Assembly (NCBI GenBank): GCA_963702025.1
Contig: OY969699.1
Coordinates: 160,001-224,000, forward strand
Length of the DNA stretch: 64,000 nt
Direction: 5' to 3'
From: an uncultured bacterium
Lineage (GTDB): Bacteria > Babelota > Babeliae > Babelales > Vermiphilaceae
Of this stretch, positions 57,654 through 64,000 are shown piece by piece. Position 1 is the first letter of the stretch. Each line of letters begins with the position of its first letter. A model generated the notes under the pieces. That model was not told the DNA's origin and made no database searches. It saw only the letters and a program-made list of their open reading frames with translations. Both the position numbers and the translations under genes were made by a program.

Positions 57654-58736
57654 ATGAACCGTACTCTTTTTTTGTATCCGCTACTGTTGTATTGCATTAG
57701 TAGTAATGCGGATTACTTTACCGATAAATTCTCTCAACCCTGCCCCATCCCCAAAAAAAATATTGAAAAAAAAGAAAAGAAAATTGACTGGCATGCGCTC
57801 TTGCCCACCGTCGATGAAAAAAATCCGGATCTTACCTTCAAAATCAGCCGCAAAAATAATTGTTTTGAGCCAACTTTTTTACAAATGATTGAAGAGACAT
57901 TTTGTGTGCCGGATTGCATTGAAATGGCAACCTTTAGCGGGCAAACAACCACACACTTAAAGACAATCTTTAAAGAAGTACATAGTATTGAAATGCGGAA
58001 AACCTTTTACGAGCAAGCTAAAAAAAAATTTAATCCGGAAAAAAATATTTTTCTTTACCAAGGCAGCCCTTTGGAACATTTACCCGCCATACTTAAAAAA
58101 TTACCTAAGGAAAACCTTATTCTCTTTAACACACAATACAACACAAGCACTATTATTTCACCTAAAAATCTTATTCTTAAAGAGCTTGATTTAATAAAAA
58201 AAGCAGGCTCCTTACCAATACTTATCTTTGATGACATGCGATTATTTTACGCGCAAAAAAATAAAAATCCGAACTTGCTTTACCCATCAATTGAAGAAAT
58301 TATAGGGGTAATATCCCAGATGGACAGCCCTTATCAGATTGCTCTGATCTACGACGCATTAATTGCTTTTCCCGCGCAGTATGAGATCACTGTTACACCG
58401 GTGGTACATGCAGCTACTCTTAGCAGAATCTATTCCGGTTCAAATTTTACCGATGAAGAATTACTTATTGCGGAGCTATGCATTGCCCAAGCCAAAGAAG
58501 ATGAAAAAACTGCCTTATGCCATTTGGGCCAAACATGGATCGAATCATGGACAAAGCAATTGGGATTCGCTCAGCATATACCACTCTGGTTTGGACTCAT
58601 TATGCTTGCCCACGACCAATTTCCAACAGCAGCTGCGTATTTAAAAGAAGCAAAAGATCGCGGATTAACGCATTGGCGGATCGACTGGTATTTGGCGATG
58701 GCAGAATGCAACTGTTTTTTTAATATTAAGGAATAA
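57654..58736 (+). CDS. Secreted hypothetical protein, possibly a degenerate SAM-methyltransferase fold
   Basis: Signal peptide; IEMATFSGQTT..F..VHSIE..G.P...L, LIFDDMRLF. Confidence 0.55.
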   Translation: MNRTLFLYPLLLYCISSNADYFTDKFSQPCPIPKKNIEKKEKKIDWHALLPTVDEKNPDLTFKISRKNNCFEPTFLQMIEETFCVPDCIEMATFSGQTTTHLKTIFKEVHSIEMRKTFYEQAKKKFNPEKNIFLYQGSPLEHLPAILKKLPKENLILFNTQYNTSTIISPKNLILKELDLIKKAGSLPILIFDDMRLFYAQKNKNPNLLYPSIEEIIGVISQMDSPYQIALIYDALIAFPAQYEITVTPVVHAATLSRIYSGSNFTDEELLIAELCIAQAKEDEKTALCHLGQTWIESWTKQLGFAQHIPLWFGLIMLAHDQFPTAAAYLKEAKDRGLTHWRIDWYLAMAECNCFFNIKE

Positions 58737-58750
58737 TATTATTGTGCATT

Positions 58751-59302
58751 TCATTTTTCCGGAATAAAAAAATATTTCCTGTAATGCGCAAGCTCTTTTA
58801 TCGAACCGCGAACATCTTCCAGAGCGCGATGATTGTCCGGCTTTTCAAATTTAAGAAATTGGCTTTTTGGATACCATCGGATGGCCAACTCTTTGACCGA
58901 ACTGACATCAATCAAGCGATAATGTAAATAATCGGTAATGCGCGGCATGTATTTGCGCAAAAAGGCACGATCTTGCCACACGGAATTACCGCAAAGCACC
59001 CCGTCACGCAACGGGCAATACTCTTTAATAAAATCAAGCGTTTCTTCTTGCGCAACGGCAACGGTCATAGATGATTTGGTAACCGCGTCTATTAAGCCAG
59101 TTTTAGTGTGTTGATTACGCACCCAGCTATCCATTAAATCAAGCGCCGCTTGCGGCTGGTGTATAATTAATGCAGGCCCTTCTGCAATTATGTTAAGTTC
59201 ATTATCGGTAATAATTGTGGCAATTTCTAAAATGACATCAATATCCACGTTTAACCCGGTCATTTCCAAGTCCATCCACACCAAATGTTCTTTTTTATTC
59301 AT
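58751..59302 (-). CDS. orn: Oligoribonuclease
   Basis: LVWMDLEMTGL, LCGNSV.QDR.FL, LHYR.IDVSS.KEL..RW, HRALED. Confidence 0.97.
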   Translation of the reverse strand: MNKKEHLVWMDLEMTGLNVDIDVILEIATIITDNELNIIAEGPALIIHQPQAALDLMDSWVRNQHTKTGLIDAVTKSSMTVAVAQEETLDFIKEYCPLRDGVLCGNSVWQDRAFLRKYMPRITDYLHYRLIDVSSVKELAIRWYPKSQFLKFEKPDNHRALEDVRGSIKELAHYRKYFFIPEK

Positions 59303-59382
59303 AAACTCCTAAAAAAATTAATATACTATAGTATTATTATTACATTAATTATTAGTTTTCACCTCAAAAAGAATCAATATTT

Positions 59383-61602
59383 ATGACAAAACTTCGCGTT
59401 GGCGTTTTAATGGGCGGTAAATCTATTGAGCGGGAAGTGTCTTTTAACTCAGGGCGCACCATTTGTGATCACCTTGATACCCAACGGTACACCATTATCC
59501 CGTTATTTCAGACAATCTCCAACCGGTTATTTATTCTTCCGTGGCATTTTTTGCATCGGGGAAAAATTAGTGATTTTGAGCAACGGCTCACTATCCAAGC
59601 GCAAGAAATAATCTGGGATGATTTAAAAAATCATATTGATTTTGCCTATATCGCAATGCATGGCAAATATGCCGAAGACGGCACCATGCAGGGAATTTGT
59701 GAAGTTTTTGGCATTCCTTACATCGGCTCAAAAGTGTTGGGTAGCGCACTCAGCATGGACAAAATAATGCAAAAAAAATTTTTGAATGCCAATAACATTG
59801 CCACAGCACGCGATATTGTAGTTACCCCGGATCAAATTACTCATTTTACCGCACATGCTGCTAAAATAATGCAACAAATGCAAGAAAAAAATATTGAATT
59901 CCCCTGCATTGTAAAGCCTTATAAAGAAGGATCCAGCTTGGGAGTCAGCGTTGCGCGTACACATGACGAACTTGAACACGCACTCATTAGTGCCTGCTTT
60001 ATTGATAAAAAAAATCCTCAATCGGTGCTGGTTGAAGAAAAAATAATCGGCATGGAGTTCACCTGCATAACCATCACCGATTATAAAACCAACACCATTA
60101 TTGCCTTGCCACCTACTGAACTGGTTGCCGATGCATCGGTTGAATTTTTTGATTATGAACAAAAATATATGCCCGGCAGAGCAACGGAATTTACACCGGC
60201 TCGCTGCAGCGAACAAATTCTTGAAAAAATAAAAAAAACCTGCATCAAGGTTATGCGTGCTCTTAATCTTACCAATATGTCTCGCATTGATGGATTTGTT
60301 AAGCAAGACGGCACAATTGTGATTATAGACCCTAACTCATTTTCCGGCGCTGCACCCAGCAGCTTTTTATTTCGAGAAGCAGCATTTTATGGCATGAGCC
60401 ACACGCAGCTGATTAACCATCTTATTGAAACAGAGCTTGAATCATACGGCATGTTGCAATCCATTCTTGACCAAGAACAAAAAGAGGCGACCATTATGCA
60501 AACTAAAAAAATTCGGGTTGGTATTTTAATGGGCGGCCCATCCAATGAGCGTGAAATATCTCTTGAATCCGGAAGAAATGTTACTTACAAACTTTCACCC
60601 CATAAGTATGAAGCATTACCTATCTTTGTAAGCAGTAGCATGGAACTCTTTCCGCTTTCCCATCAACAATTGGTACTCAATTCTACGCAAGAAATCTCAC
60701 AATCCCTTGATTCAAAAAATAAAATCACATGGCATGATTTATCACAATTAGTTGATTTTGTATTTATCGCTCTCCATGGTGGCCCGGGAGAGAATGGTGC
60801 GGTGCAAGGAACATTGGAAATGTTAGGGATTCCTTATAATGGTTCAAGTGTACTTGCAAGCGCCTTATGCATGGACAAATATAAAACGAATGAGTTTTTG
60901 CATTCACAAGGATTTGATGTCCCACGTAATATGTTGCTTGATAAACAAACATGGCTCAATGACAAACAATCTGTCATGGCAAATATTCTTGACACCTTAC
61001 CACTCCCATTGATCATAAAACCTCATGATGATGGATGCAGTGTAATGGTACAAAAAATAAAAAAATCAGCAAATCTGGAACCGGCCATCAACCTGATTTT
61101 TTCACACGGTAAAGAGTATGCACTTATCGAAGAGTGCATAATGGGTATGGAACTTACCGTCGGCATTATTGGCAACGATAGCCCCCGTGCGCTACCACCA
61201 TCACAAGCAGTGTGCAATGCAGATATACTATCCATCGAAGAAAAATTTTTACCGGGCGCCGGCGAAAATCAAACACCCGCACCATTACCCAAAGATAGTT
61301 TGTATTTTGTGCAAAAGATCATGGAAGCAGTTTACGTGGCAGTTGGCTGCAAAGGCTACGCACGAATTGATTGCTTTTATCAATCGGCCGACCAAAGTCC
61401 AACGGGAAAAGAACGGGTGATTATCCTAGAAATTAACACCTTGCCGGGGATAACTCCCGCCACCTGCATTTTTCATCAGGCGGCGGAGGTAAATATAAAG
61501 CCAATGGATTTTATTGATTTGATTGTAACACTCGGTTTGGAAAACCATCGATCGTCCGCAGATCTTCAGCAACCGATACAACAGCCTTCTGCTTTTGTGT
61601 GA
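59383..61602 (+). CDS. ddl: Tandem two-domain D-alanine--D-alanine ligase
   Basis: Two full Ddl repeats, each with GG.S.ERE(V/I)S..SG, HG...E(D/N)G..QG, SAL.MDK, KP..GxS, RID. Confidence 0.9.
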   Translation: MTKLRVGVLMGGKSIEREVSFNSGRTICDHLDTQRYTIIPLFQTISNRLFILPWHFLHRGKISDFEQRLTIQAQEIIWDDLKNHIDFAYIAMHGKYAEDGTMQGICEVFGIPYIGSKVLGSALSMDKIMQKKFLNANNIATARDIVVTPDQITHFTAHAAKIMQQMQEKNIEFPCIVKPYKEGSSLGVSVARTHDELEHALISACFIDKKNPQSVLVEEKIIGMEFTCITITDYKTNTIIALPPTELVADASVEFFDYEQKYMPGRATEFTPARCSEQILEKIKKTCIKVMRALNLTNMSRIDGFVKQDGTIVIIDPNSFSGAAPSSFLFREAAFYGMSHTQLINHLIETELESYGMLQSILDQEQKEATIMQTKKIRVGILMGGPSNEREISLESGRNVTYKLSPHKYEALPIFVSSSMELFPLSHQQLVLNSTQEISQSLDSKNKITWHDLSQLVDFVFIALHGGPGENGAVQGTLEMLGIPYNGSSVLASALCMDKYKTNEFLHSQGFDVPRNMLLDKQTWLNDKQSVMANILDTLPLPLIIKPHDDGCSVMVQKIKKSANLEPAINLIFSHGKEYALIEECIMGMELTVGIIGNDSPRALPPSQAVCNADILSIEEKFLPGAGENQTPAPLPKDSLYFVQKIMEAVYVAVGCKGYARIDCFYQSADQSPTGKERVIILEINTLPGITPATCIFHQAAEVNIKPMDFIDLIVTLGLENHRSSADLQQPIQQPSAFV

Positions 61603-62788
61603 TTGCATCAAGATGAGTTGATATTTCATTTCTCATTTTATGCGCTGCAAGTACTGCGGATATGTCCCATAATTTAATCGAAAGATCGCGAGACCCCGAG
61701 ACTACTTTGTTAAAATCATTAAAAGCAGCTAAACTTTGGATCCACTGATCATGGCCAATAAGAATTGCCAGGCACTGTGGTTTGCGTAAATCCCATAATT
61801 TAATTTGAGTATCCCATGAGCCTGAAAGAAGATACTGCAATTTCCCATCACTAACTAAAGTAGTAATTCCTGAAGAATGCCCCTTAAATATTTTAAATTC
61901 TTTTTTATCCCGAACATCCCAGAGCCGGATGTAATTATCTCCCGTTGCACACGCAAAAAAGTCTCCTCTATCATCAATTATTTTCATACAAGAAAGAGTC
62001 TCATCCGGCACTATTTGCAATGATGAAATCTCTTTTTGGGTTTCGGTGTCCCAAATTTTTACGCAGCCATCAAATGATCCGGAAACTACCGCGCAGTTAT
62101 CTGCAGTAATATATGCATCTTTAGAAGATTTGTTATGCCCTTGGAAAATAGCTTTGCATTCATTCTTTGCCGTTTGCCATAATTTAACCAGATGATCATT
62201 ACTCGTCGATACAAAATACTCTTCATTTGCAGATAATAAAATACTATTGATTTGTTTTTCGTGTGCGACTATGGTGCTTATAGCTTCGTACTTTTCTATA
62301 TCGTATTTCATAATGCCACCGGAAGAGCCACCAATAATTAGCAGCTTTCCATTCTTATCTAATGCCACACTCCCAATCCCGGGAGCAATGCCTGCTTTAG
62401 ATTTTAAGCAGTCAGTAAGATCATTTTGGCAACAAAACGTCATTTCTCCATCGCAACCGATGGCAAGAATCTGTTTTTTTGAGGGCAATGGAGCAACAAC
62501 ACAAACGCCTTTATATTCTAGGCTTTTATTATTTGTTGAAAATGCTTTCAAAGGAAAAGTCTCTTCTATTTCCTTCACTTTTTTATCGCCAGCAGTAACA
62601 ACAAGATCTTGAAGAACTGAGGGAGTACCCCAAAATTCTTGAGAGTCTAAAAATGGTGGCTTTTTTAGGAGAAGATAATCACAGATGATATCAACCAATT
62701 TTCTGATAAGTGCGGGTTTTTTAAAGGGTTGCATGGAATATGCGCAATTAAAAAAAAGAATCAGAATAAAAAATAAAGAACGGCACAT
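61511..62788 (-). CDS. Secreted WD40-repeat protein
   Basis: GH..SGS.D..(V/I)K(I/L)WD repeats; GGAGG RBS before the ATG at 62788; signal peptide ..AYS-MQ. Confidence 0.88.
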   Translation of the reverse strand: MCRSLFFILILFFNCAYSMQPFKKPALIRKLVDIICDYLLLKKPPFLDSQEFWGTPSVLQDLVVTAGDKKVKEIEETFPLKAFSTNNKSLEYKGVCVVAPLPSKKQILAIGCDGEMTFCCQNDLTDCLKSKAGIAPGIGSVALDKNGKLLIIGGSSGGIMKYDIEKYEAISTIVAHEKQINSILLSANEEYFVSTSNDHLVKLWQTAKNECKAIFQGHNKSSKDAYITADNCAVVSGSFDGCVKIWDTETQKEISSLQIVPDETLSCMKIIDDRGDFFACATGDNYIRLWDVRDKKEFKIFKGHSSGITTLVSDGKLQYLLSGSWDTQIKLWDLRKPQCLAILIGHDQWIQSLAAFNDFNKVVSGSRDLSIKLWDISAVLAAHKMRNEISTHLDAITQKQKAVVSVAEDLRTIDGFPNRVLQSNQ

Positions 62789-62864
62789 AGCAATTCCTCC
62801 CCCGTTAACTGTCCCACTAGTTAATTTTAAGGAATCACAAAAGCATTGTGCAATGAAAAAAAAA

Positions 62865-63302
62865 TTACGGCGTAAAATTAATTTTATAAACCAGTAATGC
62901 ACTCATAATATTTGCGCATATGATGCAGGCGATAACGCGCCATGCAATCAAGTGAACCCATCTGCGCATAATATATACTAATATAATCTCTATTCCCGAA
63001 TAACAAGCTGCTAAAACAAGACTTATATTCAGATGATCATACGTGCCATAATAAGAATTTTCGGGTAGCAAGTAAGGAACATTAAGCCACCATATCAAGG
63101 TGCCGGCTAAAGTACCAAAAAAAATAAGAAATGCCACACTATTAAAGAAAAAGCTCATATATATCGCTTTTAGTAATGGCTCATGATCCCACAATTTGAA
63201 TAACAATGCCATCAAAAAAAAGGCGAATGGAATGTGATAAATACCGCCGGTTATGCTCCATAAAAACAGCGTTAACAAGAAATTGGTAATATGCGTTATC
63301 AT
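62865..63302 (-). CDS. Hypothetical membrane protein
   Basis: About four hydrophobic segments. Confidence 0.65.
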   Translation of the reverse strand: MITHITNFLLTLFLWSITGGIYHIPFAFFLMALLFKLWDHEPLLKAIYMSFFFNSVAFLIFFGTLAGTLIWWLNVPYLLPENSYYGTYDHLNISLVLAACYSGIEIILVYIMRRWVHLIAWRVIACIICANIMSALLVYKINFTP

Positions 63303-63311
63303 ATTTTTAGG

Positions 63312-63488
63312 TTAGAAAATAACGATGCCAAACAAATAAAGAATAAAATAAACAATAACCAAGAAAAGAATAATATTAATAGCCGTTAGCAATAAACTCC
63401 GTAAAGTTCCGGTCGGTGCGGCAAATAAAAGATACGCAACTAAAATTGCCAGAATTAATGCGCCAACGGATGGAATAGCTAATATCAT
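63312..63488 (-). CDS. Small two-helix membrane protein
   Basis: AAGGAG RBS before the ATG at 63488; two hydrophobic helices. Confidence 0.6.
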   Translation of the reverse strand: MILAIPSVGALILAILVAYLLFAAPTGTLRSLLLTAINIILFLVIVYFILYLFGIVIF

Positions 63489-63633
63489 ATTTTCTCCTTT
63501 ATAAAAAAACAGTAACACTTCATATCATCTCAATACCATAAAAAATTCCCCTTTAACAAGAGTTCTATCTACTATTGTTTCTGCTCAGCATTACTTGGTA
63601 GAGTAATTTTGAAAAAATGAAAGGGGAACATTG

Positions 63634-64000
63634 ATGAAAAAATTAATAGTAATAGCATCTTTTATCAGTACCTTGGCACACGGGCAAGAAACACCAGTGA
63701 GTCCAGCCATACAAGAAGAACAAAATGCCGAACAAGAAAATAGCCTACCCACACGTTCAATCACTATTAATCTTTCGGTAGCGAATTCACATCAAGTGGA
63801 AAACAGCCCCTGCGCGCCAGTGATTCAAGCAATCTCTCAAGAACAATCAAAACCATTGCCGCAACCAATACCCGAGCCCATAATAGTACCTGAATCTTCA
63901 CGGTTCAAGAAGGCAGCATTTGTGGCGTCTATGGGATACCTTGCTGCTAAAATGGCAGGAATTATGGATAAAATAGACATGAATAAATTATTTTCAATTT
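63634..64000 (+). CDS. Secreted hypothetical protein, 3'-truncated by the window edge
   Basis: AAGGGG RBS; MKKLIVIASFISTLAHG signal peptide; frame open to the end of the window. Confidence 0.65.
   Translation, partial: MKKLIVIASFISTLAHGQETPVSPAIQEEQNAEQENSLPTRSITINLSVANSHQVENSPCAPVIQAISQEQSKPLPQPIPEPIIVPESSRFKKAAFVASMGYLAAKMAGIMDKIDMNKLFSI

Overview
AT-rich bacterial chromosome segment using genetic code 11. The gene content (ankyrin and WD40 proteins, many short signal-peptide proteins, scattered housekeeping genes) suggests an intracellular bacterium of protists such as Dependentiae/TM6 (Babeliae); this is inference only. Housekeeping genes include alaS, pth, skp, smpB, tsaD, rho, secF, rpmA, polA, priA, orn, a tandem-domain ddl, ugd and a P-type ATPase. 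Main findings: (1) Two full-length, structurally intact but diverged tmRNA genes (32053-32477 and 22482-22838, both minus strand) lie near smpB. They encode very different tags, AEDAKVEANYSSIPTSLFSFNDFAQSGPVFA (31 aa) and ATPVVAAQA (9 aa), and bracket a 9.2 kb accessory region. (2) Several predicted secreted proteins carry apparent eukaryotic sorting signals: PTS2-like Rx6H[LIV] nonapeptides in three proteins, a PTS1-like C-terminal AKL on a 2087 aa double-GHKL/HEXXH protein, a polybasic CaaX tail on a WD40 protein, and an NLS-like tail on a small Cys-rich protein. (3) A family of palindromic repeats is tied to a truncated GIY-YIG gene and its MITE-like deletion derivative. (4) A three-gene cluster encodes fibre-like repeat proteins. 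(5) Several normally cytoplasmic enzymes carry signal peptides.
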